From NCBI GenBank assembly GCA_002269645.1, contig NIVC01003590.1:1-64000 (forward strand): a stretch of 64,000 nucleotides of DNA, written 5' to 3'. The notes beneath the pieces are model-generated. The model saw nothing but the letters and a program-made list of their open reading frames with translations. It ran no database searches and was not told the DNA's origin. Of this stretch, positions 34,693-46,500 are shown piece by piece; positions within the stretch are counted from its first letter, which is position 1, and every line of letters starts with the position of its first letter. Made by a program: the position numbers and the translations under genes. Source of the DNA: Macrostomum lignano. Lineage: Eukaryota.

Positions 34693-35324
34693 AAAAATAG
34701 TAAACAGAGACAAGTGAAGGTAAATAGAAGAAAGTTGCAACAATAATAAAAGTGTTTTATCTAAGTCTAGGTACTCTTTAAAGCCATTATTATAGGCAGG
34801 TATAATTCCATTTCAATGCATATTAGTTCCTATACACACATATATATATACACAATTACTATATGAAACTTTTTAATTTTAAAGCAATTACAATTTTTAA
34901 TAAGAATATTAGTATTATATTTTAAATAGTCATTTTTATATAAAAACAAAATAATTTCATACTTGAGTATAATAATTGCTAAGTTAACAATATTTCTATA
35001 ATAACAAACTATTAGATACTATAATAACTATAATACTATAATATCAAGAAAAGTGGCAACACTTGCATTTGGCTTTCTACGAGTATATGCAGACCCACTA
35101 AATCAGTTATCTTCATCATAGTTTACCAACTCTGGGCTGCCTAAGACTTGGAATTATTTAGAAAGAAAAATCAATTTAGGACTTAAGGAAAACTCCTAAA
35201 GTCAAATCTAGTATATGTGCATAGTGAGCAAGAGAGAAAAAAGACACTTCAGCCCTAAGCCAGACCAATTAGTTAATAAGTTAGGCTTTCCTCTTGCCTG
35301 CTTGTGTCTGACTTTGACCTTCTC

Positions 35325-35870
35325 TCCTTACTGCTCTCTCATTGGCTGAGCTAGATTGGGCCCTGTCCCCTAGACTCAGTTTCATCCATCTTAGACCTCT
35401 CCTTACTGCTCTCTCATTGGCTGAGCTAGATTGGGCCCTGTCCCCTAGACTCAGTTTCATCCATCTTAGACCTCTCCTTACTGCTCTCTCATTGGCTGAG
35501 CTAGATTGGGCCCTGTCCCCTAGACTCAGTTTCATCCATCTTAGACCTCTCCTTACTGCTCTCTCATTGGCTGAGCTAGATTGGGCCCTGTCCCCTATAC
35601 TGAGTTTCGTCCATCTTAGACCTCTCCATACTGCTCTCTCATTGGCTGAGCTAGATTGGGCCCTGTCCCCTAGGCCTAGACTGAGTTTCGTCCATCTTAG
35701 ACCTCTCCATACTGCTCTCTCATTGGCTGAGCTAGATTGGGCCCTGTCCCCTAGACTGAGTTTCGTCCATCTTAGACCTCTCCATACTGCTCTCTCATTG
35801 GCTGAGCTATATTAGGCCTGTCTGCCCCCCTCCTAGGCTGAGTTTTGTCCATCTTAGACTTCTCTCCTAT
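35325..35870. repeat. Tandem repeat, 75-bp unit, about 7 copies, upstream of ZDHHC
   Basis: The ORF track shows 25-aa periodicity (AELDWALSPRLSFIHLRPLLTALSL). Confidence 0.95.
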
Positions 35871-36061
35871 TGGCTGTGGCATTGCGCAGACAAACTACTG
35901 AAGGAATTGCAGTCACAAGTGAATAGAATGGCTTATATTTTGACTTTTGATTACTTAATTTTTGATAAAGTACTTCTTGGTTTTCAACGTTTGTGTCAAT
36001 TCGGCACCCTCAAAATACTTAGATGATTAGGTACCCATTGATTTGCCTTGTCAGCTGCTCG

Positions 36062-39000
36062 ATGCTGCAGTCAGCGGACAGACCGGCGGCCGACGGCAGC
36101 GCCACGGCGATTGTTCCGCTGCCCGATGAGCTGCCGCTTGAGCTACAGAGTCATTCGGGTGAGCCGCAGATCGTGGTCAAGATGGCCTCTGGCAGGTCCG
36201 GCGTCGCCCATCTGCAGCAGCCGCCGCGCACTGCCCGCCTGTGCTGGCAGCCCTGCAGCAGGCTGTGCGGCATCCAGCAGTTCTGGTTCGTTCAAGACGC
36301 CTGCGGCATAACCTGCGCCGCCTTCACCTGGCTGCTGCTGCTGTTCGCGGAGGCCGTACTGCTGTTCGTTGTGCTCATCCCCGCGCCATCTCTGGCCTTC
36401 AAAATTGTCGGCGCCATCGTGTACCACTGCCTGGCCTTCATGGCCGGCTGCTCGCATGTCCGAGCTGTGCTCACCGACCCTGTGAGACTCCTCATCCTTG
36501 CTGTAGTCTTCTGGCCATAAGTTTGAGATCTCAAAAATCTCCAGTTTGAGAGTGATATCTCAAAATCTACTCTGGTTTGAGTGATACCTCACAGTCTACT
36601 CCAGTTTGAGTGTGATATCTCACAGTCTACTCCAGTTTGAGTGATATCTCACAGTCTACTCCAGTTTGAGTGATATCTCACAGTCTACTCCAGTTTGAGT
36701 GTGATATCTCACAGTCTACTCCAGTTTGAGTTTAAGATCTCACAATCTACTCCAGTTTGAGTTTGAGATCTCACAGTATACTCCAGTTTGAGTGTGATAT
36801 CTCACAGTCTACTCCAGTTTGAGTTTAAGATCTCACAATCTACTCCAGTTTGAGTGTGATATCTCACAGTCTACTCCAGTTTGAGTTTGAGATCTCACAA
36901 TCTACTCCAGTTTGAGTGTCAGATCTCACGATCTTCTCCAGTTTGAGTGTGAGATATCAATTCCCTCCCAGCAACCGGAGCCCCGCCCCGCACCCAACCC
37001 GCATGCCCAGGGCACGGTGCCCCTCAACAACGACACTAAGGAGAATCTGCTGCGTCTGGCACCGGCAGCGGGCGACGGCCAGCAGGAGCGGGTGGTGTAC
37101 CGGTGCCCCCGCTGCAGCTGCATCAAGCCGGAGCGCGCCCACCACTGCAGCATCTGCCGGCGCTGCGTCCGCCGCATGGACCACCACTGCCCTTGGGTGA
37201 ACAACTGCGTTGGCGAGGGCAATCAGAAATTCTTCATTCTATTCACCGTGAGTCAGCATGCAATATCATCTCACGGATGTTTGGTAGCAGCTGGACAGGA
37301 AAATTAGGTCCCACATTACCACCTATTACAATAGTAGCTTCAGTCAAGGACTACGTAGATACGAGTAACATCTGAACTGAAAACTCGGTTTTCATCAAAT
37401 TTTCGTTTCAATCAAGGACTCCTGTAGAGTGATATCGGGACTAGGGTAAATTAAAGCCACTTTTTTAGTATTTTGGATGAACCATAGACCTGGAAACTAT
37501 CCATGGACTCTTGCATGTATCAGACATCTGGACTGGAAGAAATTTTGTTGCTTTCATTTTCCAGGGCTACATCGCGTTGACCAGCTTCTTTGCAATCTAC
37601 CTGTGCATTCACGAGTTCATCATCTGCATTGGCACCGAGTGGCAGGGTGAATAGATGCATATAGTGCTACTGACAGTAGCTCAGACACCCGACCTAATTA
37701 ATGAGCTTTCCCATCCGCAGCCTGCCAGAACGGGCCGCAGCCCCCTGTGAGCACCCTGCTGCTGTTTGCTCTGGTCATCACCGGCCTCGTGTTCGGGCTG
37801 TTCACTGTGGTCATGGCCTGCTCACAGCTCGTGTCCATTGTGTCCGACACTACGGTGAGGCATTGAGGCTGGGAACCTGACCCCTTGAAACCGAGACAGT
37901 GACAAGAATCGCTAAACAGTCATTGCAAACAGCTCTAGGGACTCTAGAAACTGTGGGGCGACTGTTGAGTCACCAGCGTCACGTGAGTTGCAGAATCGTA
38001 AAAGAGTGGCGAAAGAGTCTTCCAAGAATCCTTGTGTTGGCGCTCAACTGTCGTCGTCGTTTGAGTCGTCTAGAGTCACTTCTTTCCTCTTTTACCTGTG
38101 TTACCTGCAATGAGTCTGAGACGCTTCTTGCCCTGGGTACCGTTTTCACCGGGTGAGGGTGGGGACACAGTGAGAACCGCTGTAGGACCAGCAGCTGCAG
38201 ACAGTGAGGACCCGCTGTAGGACCAGCAGTTGCAGACAGTGAGGACCCGCTGTAGGACCAGCAGTTGCAGACAGTGAGGACCCGCTGTAGGACCAGCAGC
38301 TGCAGACAGTGAGGACCCGCTGTAGGACCAGCAGTTGCAGACAGTGAGGACCCGCTGTAGGACCAGCAGTTGCAGACAGTGAGGACCCGCTGTAGGACCA
38401 GCAGCTGCAGACAGTGAGGACCCGCTGTAGGACCAGCAGTTGCAGACAGTGAGGACCCGCTGTAGGACCAGCAGCTGCAGACAGTGAGGACCCGCTGTAG
38501 GACCAGCAGTTGCAGACAGTGAGGACCCGCTGTAGGACCAGCAGTTGCAGACAGTGAGGACCCGCTGTAGGACCAGCAGCTGCAGACACTGAGGACCCGC
38601 TGTAGGACCAGCAGTTGCAGACAGTGAGGACCCGCTGTAGGACCAGCAGCTGCAGACACTGAGGACCCGCTGTAGGACCAGCAGTTGCAAACACTGAGGA
38701 CCCGCTGTAGGACCAGCAGCTGCAGACAGTGAGGACCCGCTGTAGGACCAGCAGCTGCAGACACTGAGGACCCGCTGTAGGACCAGCAGTTGCAGACACT
38801 GAGGACCCGCTGTAGGACCAGCAGTTGCAGACAGTGAGGACCCGCTGTAGGACCAGCAGCTGCAGACACTGAGGACCCGCTGTAGGACCAGCAGCTGCAG
38901 ACACTGAGAACCCGCTGTAGGACCAGCAGCTGCAGACACTGAGGACCCGCTGTAGGACCAGCAGTTGCAGACAGTGAGGACCCGCTGTAGGACCAGCAGC

Positions 39001-39971
39001 TGCAGACACTGAGGACCCGCTGTAGGACCAGCAGCTGCAGACACTGAGGACCCGCTGTAGGACCAGCAGCTGCAGACAGTGAGGACCCGCTGTAGGACCA
39101 GCAGCTGCAGACACTGAGGACCCGCTGTAGGACCAGCAGTTGCAGACAGTGAGAACCCGCTGTAGGACCAGCAGCTGCAGACACTGAGGACCCGCTGTAG
39201 GACCAGCAGCTGCAGACACTGAGGACCCGCTGTAGGACCAGCAGTTGCAGACAGTGAGGACCCGCTGTAGGACCAGCAGCTGCAGACACTGAGGACCCGC
39301 TGTAGGACCAGCAGCTGCAGACAGTGAGGACCCGCTGTAGGACCAGCAGTTGCAGACAGTGAGGACCGCTGTAGGACCAGCTGCTGCAGACACTGAGGAC
39401 CCGCTGTAGCACCAGCAGTTGCAGACAGTGAGGACCCACTGTAGGACCAGCAGCTGCAGACAGTGAGGACCCGCTGTAGGACCAGCAGTTGCAGACAGTG
39501 AGGACCGCTGTAGGACCAGCAGCTGCAGACAGTGAGGACCCGCTGTAGGACCAGCTGCTGCAGACACTGAGGACCCGCTGTAGGACCAGCAGTTGCAGAC
39601 TGAGGACCGCTGTAGGACCAGCAGCTGCAGACCCGCTGGATGACCAGCAGACACTCATCCATGGCCCCATCAGCTTAGTTATATATTGTGCAGGGGGTTC
39701 TTCAGGAGTCCCAAACTAATGCGGAATCGAACCACCCACCACCGCACCGCAGGGCATCGAGCAGATCAAAGGCGAGCGCCGAGGCGACGCAGAGGCTGGC
39801 GGAGGCGGCGGGTCGCGGCTGTCAGGACTGCAGCGGGTGTTCGGCAGCCCGCCGTCCTGGCGCTGGTTGAGTCCCTTCCACTCGCCTAAGCCCCCAGCCG
39901 AGCAGCAGCAGCAGCAGCAGCTGACCTCCCAGCCGGCCGCGGTGAACAATTTTGACAATGACAATGTCTGA
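36062..39971 (+). CDS. ZDHHC3: DHHC palmitoyltransferase, ZDHHC3/7 (GODZ) group; exons 36062-36481, 37011-37247, 37565-37646, 37721-37854, 39753-39971
   Basis: [22 protein letters not shown]|[51 protein letters not shown]|GIEQIK, WLSPF. All five exons join in phase with GT-AG. Start codon is uncertain (36062 chosen). Confidence 0.92.
36520..36955. repeat. Minisatellite, about 31-bp TCTCACAGTCTACTCCAGTTTGAGTGTGATA (ZDHHC intron 1)
   Basis: Tandem copies. Confidence 0.93.
38168..39640. repeat. Minisatellite, 35-bp GAGGACCCGCTGTAGGACCAGCAG(C/T)TGCAGACA(G/C)T, about 42 copies (ZDHHC intron 4)
   Basis: Tandem copies; source of the 500-aa spurious ORFs. Confidence 0.97.
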
Positions 39972-40515
39972 GCAGTCACAATATTTTGTCTAAAGATCGA
40001 TATTTTTGCCCGTCTGCCAAATCGATAGTTTATTATTCATAATAATAATACATAATAAATAGTAATGTAGTTGTCTTGTTAAATTTGTGTATTTATTTGT
40101 GAACAGTTTTTCATATATGATATTGTTATTGCATGTATTAATCTCCTGTTCTCAGCGCCGTATTATATATTTATTATTTATTATTTACCTGTGTTCCTCG
40201 GACCAGAAAATCGTTAAAACAAAACACAAAAATCGTGTCAATAAACAGAGATTTACGCTTTCAAAATTTTGTCAATAACAATGAAAAATATTCAATTTTA
40301 TAGCTTTTGAACTGGCTAGCAGATTAGATATTTACCCGACTATGAAATTCGAGTTCCTTTATTTTTGGCAATCAGTTTGCAATGCATGAATTTGGGAATT
40401 AAAAATCAATTTAAATCAATTAAATCTGGCGTCTTGATTTACTGATTACTTGAATCGGCGCCCGGTCAGTAGTGCATATCGAGTATGTACATCATTATTT
40501 ATTATCTTGCCGCGC

Positions 40516-43500
40516 CTACGTGCTGAAGCTGGGATTCTCCAGGCCGGTGTCCAGCTGGATCTGCACCCGCGGGGCGCTGCTGCTCTCCAGGTTCACCGCG
40601 TCTGTGGACTTCGACCAGTTGGCGTTGGTGAAGCCGCTCTCGGCGCCGTCTACGGACTTCGGCCCGGTACGCCTCCGGTAGATGATCACCGCCGCCACCA
40701 CGCCTGCGAGCAGCAGGAGGAAGGCCAGCACCGCAATGGCCACCAGCACGTCGTTCCTCAGGTCTGGCGAGTGGGTGGCAGTGACGTTTTGAATTCAATT
40801 CAATGGGCACAGTGGGGTAGAAATGGATAGGAAGAGTGGGGTAGGAATGGATAGGCAGAGTGGGGTAGGAATGGATAGGCAGAGTGGGGTAGAAATGGGT
40901 AGGCAGAGTGGAGTAGGAATGGATAGGCAGAGTGGGGTAGAAATGGGTAGGCAGAGTGGGGTAGGAATGGATTGGCACAGTGGGATAGGAATGGATTGGC
41001 ACAGTGGGGTAGGAATGGATAGGCAGAGTGGGATAGGAATGGATTGGCGCAGTGGGATAGGAATGAATAAGCAGAGTGGGATAGGAATGGATTGGCACAG
41101 TGGGGTAGGAATGGATAGGCAGAGTGGGGTAGGAATGGATAAGGAAGGCGGCGCAGAGGGATGGAGACGGCAACTATCAAGAAGAAGCCTGCGCTTCACA
41201 AACCAGCAATGATGCGACCGCTTTCGACTCCTGGCTTCGTGGTGGACGCCGGCGCCGTGGTGCGGGTGGAGGTGGTGCTCCGAGTTGGCTGCGCCGTGTG
41301 CGGCGGCGCCCGAGTCGTGGTGGTGGAGATCCCGTGCGGGGAGTCGTGGTGGAGCCCACGGTGGCGGGCAGCTTGGGCATCTTGCAGATGTAGGAGTTCC
41401 TCTTGTTGCAATAGTGATCATTCCACTTCAGGTTTAGGTGGTACATCTCCACACAGTTCTCGTTGGGCGTGTTTGACGGCTCGCCGCCGTTCCAGTACGT
41501 GTAGCCCACCGGGCTGTTGTCCGTCCACTCGAAGCTGCTGTCCCGGCCGCGCAGCAGGCCGATCCAGTAGTCCCTGCGGGTACTTTCATCCTGAGCCTTG
41601 CTGCGCACGAGCCTGGCAACGAAGTCCTGCTCGCCCTGGCTCAGGATGCTCACCAGGCTGCTGCGGTACCGCTTGCTGCACTCGTACATCGCCTCGGAGG
41701 CCTGCTTGGACTCGGTGCTGTTGCCCACGTAGTAGCAGCTGCTGCCGAATGGCGAGAACTCGTCCGGGCACACGCCCGGCAGCTGGGGCACCGTGGTCGG
41801 CACCGGGCCGAGGCTCTGCCTGCAGACAAAGTTCAGCCTGTCGTCGCAGTCGCCGGCGAACCAGCTGCCAGTGTAGTCCATGAACACGCAGCTCTTCTTG
41901 CCGCCGCCGTCCGGCTGGCCGCGGCCCCAGTTCGCGAACGTCAGCGGCCACTTGTCGCTCCAGGCGAACTGGCCGCTGCCCAGCTCGTCGGCCAGGCCGA
42001 TCCAAGTCGACTCCCGGCCGATCGACTCGGTTTTGAAGTGCACGAAGTTCTGCTCCCACAGGTCGTGGATTGAGGCCAGCTGGCCGCCCATGGAGCTGCA
42101 GGTGGCCACGGCGCCGGTCCAGGTGGCCGGGGTGGTGACGAACTGGAAGCAGGCTTGCTCGTAGGCGTGCCAGCCGGGCCTGCAGGCGACCATGGTCGGC
42201 GGCACCCAGTCGGTGACGAGCTCCGGGTGCTTGTAGGTCATGCAGACGTAGCCGGTCTTCTTGGTGCACCGCTGGTCGTTCCACTTGCCTGCTCGGTACT
42301 TTTCTGTGTACATCTCCACGCATTGCTCCTGCACATGGTTTTAGGCAGAGTTAAGCAAAGCTGGTCGCGGTTAGTTACCCCTAAAACAACCTATTTAGGC
42401 TGAGCTATAAGTTCACCACGCTGGGCTTCGGTAGAAATGCAGGGTGGGAACTGCGACCCTGACAGTCTCAACGTGTCTCAAATAATTGCTAAAGTACAAT
42501 TAGCACTTGTATTGACAGAAGGGGTTGCAGCCTAATAGTTAGGGCAGGGGGTCGGCAAACTCGGGCCCGCGGGCCGGCCTCGGGATCCATGAAGCTTCAC
42601 AATAGCAATCTGGCCCGCTCAAGGTTTGTCTCTTCTTAGCTCTCCTCTTTCATCTTCCCTCTCACCTCTCTCCCCACGCCTCCCCTTCTCTTATCTCTCA
42701 TCTCCACTCTCCTCTCTTATCTCCCTCTCTCTCCACTATTCTTCCCTTTTCTCCTTTATTCCCTCTCTCCTCTCCTCTCCTCGCTCTGGCCCGCAGGGTC
42801 AGAGCGTCCGACTCAGGACTGAAAATTCGGGGGTTCGATTCTCGATCCACTAGGAACAACTTGCGTCCTTGAGCAAGACACCTTACTCTGCATTGCTTCA
42901 GTTCACCCAGCTGTAAAATGGGTGCCAGCATTAGCTGGGGTAATTAAGGGTGTGTGTGGTGACCCCCTTCCCTCAGTCCTTGGAGCTGTCGATTGCAAGA
43001 TCTTAGTTTAACTAAAACTTGTTATTATTGAAAGACTAGCGAGGCGCACCCAAACGCTGCTGGGCTCCGCGTGATCCCAGTTGGTGTAGGAAACCTCGGA
43101 GTTGTCGTGCCAGAGGTACAGGTTCTGGAAGCTCCTGGTGTACAGTCCGATCCACAGCGCCTGGTCGGTCTTGGTTTTCATTGCAGCCAGGGCAGCTGCG
43201 GGTTGGGAAAGTTTGGCAGGAGTTGCTCACAGGCCTCACAGACCTGACTGAAGCCATCTGCAATGAGTCTCACCCTGCTCATACTCGCTGGAGATGGACG
43301 CCAGGTAGCTTCTCGTTCCCGTGTCCACCTTCTCGCACTTCTCTCGGGCCTCAGCCCAGGTGGACGCGTCGTCCTCGTTGAAGCGGAAGCACTTGTTGCC
43401 GACGGTGTAGAAGCCCTTGGGACACCGGCCCGGCATGGGGGTCGCCGGCGGCAGCGTCCTGCTGGTGTCGTTGGACCGCTTGCAGATGTAGCGCAGGACG

Positions 43501-46500
43501 ATGCCGCACTGGTCGTCGTTCCAGAGGCCCGAGTTGGAGATGATGGAGCCGCAGTGCTCAGCGCCGCCCCAGTTGTTGGGCTCGCCGTCATTCCAGTGCA
43601 GCAGGTTCACCCCGCTGCCGTCGCTCCAGCGGTAGCCCTCGTTCTGGCCGAGCTCGTTCAGGCCGATCCAGTAGGCCGCGCTGGTGATGTGCAGCTTGCT
43701 GATCAGGCCCGTCAGGAAGTCGTTCTCCTCGAAGCTGTGGATGCTTACCAGGTCGCCTCCGTGCTCCCGGCAGGTCTTCAAGCTCTGGTGCCAGGTGAGC
43801 AGCTGGGACGAGATCAGGTAGCACGACTCGTTGAAGTACTTCCAGCCGTCTCCACAGTCCGGCGCGTCCGGAGGCGTTGTGGGCTCCGGAGTGGTGCCGT
43901 TGGGATAAATTCCTTTTGGCGTCTCGCACAGCCAGTTGGTGGCCACGCTGCAGCCCTGGAGCGTCCACTTCAAGTCGTTGGGGTTGATCACCGCGCAGTT
44001 CTGGTTGTTGCCGATGTTCTCCGGCTCCTCGCCGCCGCGCCAGTTGAAGTAGGAGACCGCCTTGCCGTCCGCCCAGACGAAGCCCTGGTTGGAGTCGCGC
44101 CTGTTCAGCCCGATCCAGAAGGCGTAGAAGCCGCGCACCGTCTCGCGCAGCTTGGCGTTGGCCTCCTCGCTATTGATGGAGGCGAGGTCGCCGGCCAGCA
44201 GTTTGCACTGGGCGCGGGCCTCGGACCAGGACAGCCGGCCGGTGGACGAGCTGGCGCTGAAGGCCTTGTAGCAGGTGTTGTCGGCCTCCACCCAGCCTGG
44301 CGCGCAGTAGCCCGGGTTGTAGGTGGGAGCCAAGGTGGTGCGGCCCGGCTGCCGCGCCTGGCAGATGAAGTTCGTGTAGCGGGTCTCCTGGGACTGGCTC
44401 ATCTGCCACTGCCCGGACTCTGCTGACATGGAGGCTCGGTAGCCCTGCAGGGGGACGCCAGGCTTCCAGTAGGTGAACCAGACCCGCCGGCCGTCGTCCC
44501 AGCGGAAGGTGTTGCCGGACCGGGTCAGGCCGATCCAGAAGTCGGTGCGGGCGCCGGTCTGGCTGATGCGCATGAAGAAGTGGTCCTGCACCGCCTTGCT
44601 GACGATGGTGGCCAGCGTGCCGCCGAGGTCTGCGCAGCGGGACTGCGCCTCCGCCGCGGTCAGCGCCGCGGTCCCGGTCTCGAACTTCAGGCAGTAGCCA
44701 TCATGGACATCGTCGTAGTTGTCGCAGCCGTAGGGGCGCGTGATCGGCTCCGTGACCTGCACGGCAATCTGGCGCTGCTTGCAGATGAATCTGTTCAAGG
44801 CTGTGCAGCCCAGGTCGTTCCAGTCTCCGTTCTGGAATGCAAATGATGAAGAAGCGCTGCTGAGAAGGCTCAGATGCAGCCAAGTGTTGCTCTCGCATGC
44901 AGCGACGCAAATTTTCGTATGGAAATGTCAAATCGGTGCCGCTGCCTCCTGACTAAAACTGACCGACCAACTATAGAATGTCAGCAGCTAACTGATAATG
45001 TCAGTGTTTATGTCAGCAGCTAACTGATAATGTCAGTGTTTATGACAGCAGCTAACTGATAATGTCAGTGTTTATGTCAGCAGCTAACTGATAATGTCAG
45101 TGTTTATGTCAGCAGCTAACTGATAATGTCAGTGTTTATGTCAGCAGCTAACTGATAATGTCAGTAGTTATGTCAGCAGCTAACTGATAATGTCAGTGTT
45201 TATGTCAGCAGCTAACTGATAATGTCAGTAGTTATGTCAGCAGCTAACTGATAATGTCAGTGTTTATGTCAGCAGCTAACTGATAATGTCAGTGTTTATG
45301 TCAGCAGCTAACTGATAATGTCAGTAGTTATGTCAGCAGCTAACTGATAATGTCAGTGTTTATGTCAGCAGCTAACTGATAATGTCAGTGTTTATGTCAG
45401 CAGCTAACTGACTATGCCAGTGTTTATGTCAGCAGCTAACTGATAATGTCAGTGTTTATGTCAGCAGACTCACCCAGCCATCGCGGTTGACGGACTCCAC
45501 GCAGTCCTCGCCGCTCCGATGGTTGTTCGGCTCGTTGATGTACCAGCTCGTGAAGCGGGGTGACGACCCGTCCGTCCACTGGAAGAACATCGTGCGCTGC
45601 ATCGCCACCGTGTCGTACAGGCCGATCCAGAAGCTGACTGCGGGGTTGCGGTGGGACAGTTCGGAATTATGGTTATGGCTATAACTGGCGCCACCTGACA
45701 CCCAAAGCTGAGCCCTACTCACAGTCCCCCTGCTTGCGGGCCAGCTCCAGCAGGAAGGTGTGCTCAGCCGGGCTGTTCACCGAAGCCAAGTTGCCGCCCT
45801 GCACTCGGCAGGTCTGCTGGGCGACCTCCTGCATCACCTCGTCGTTCTCGGCGCCGAACACTTTGTAGCACATGTTCTCGAAGCCCGTGTAGCCGCTGCG
45901 GCAGCCGCGGTACTGCCCGTTCGGCACCGAGATTGTCGTCGCCGGCCTCGACGTGGTGGTCGGCGCGTTGCCGTACTTCTTGCAGATCGAGGCGAACCTT
46001 TTCTCGCAGAAGGCGTCGTTCCAGTAGGCGGAGTCGGGGTAGATCGACACGCAGTTCTCCTCCGGCGTGTTCGGCTCGCCCACCGCCCAGTTCAGGAAGA
46101 TGGCCGGCTCGCCGTCGTCCCAAACCCAGCGGCCCTCCATCGCGCGATCGTTGAATCCCGACCAGAAGCTGACGATGTCGGGGTTGGCAGCGACCACCTC
46201 CTGCATCCTGCTGGCGATGTAGGACTTTTCCTGGAGGCCGGGTGCGTTAGGGTTGCTATGGGTTTGCATGTTGCTGAGTTCCGGGATGTGGGTGTTGCTA
46301 TGGGCTTGGATGTCGCTGAGTTCCGGGATGTGGGTGCTGCTATGGGCTTGGATGTTGTTGAGTTTCGGGATGTGGGTGCTGCTATGGGCTTAGATGTCGC
46401 TGAGTTCCGGGATGTGGGTGTTGCTATGGGCTTGGATGTCGCTGAGTTCCGGGATGTGGGTGCTGCTATGGGCTTGGATGTCGCTGAGTTCCGGGATGTG

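Noticed and set aside
37900-38160. Unique segment in ZDHHC intron 4 with an open minus-strand frame ([10 protein letters not shown])
   Set aside because: No homology or clear splice sites; may be a TE fragment.
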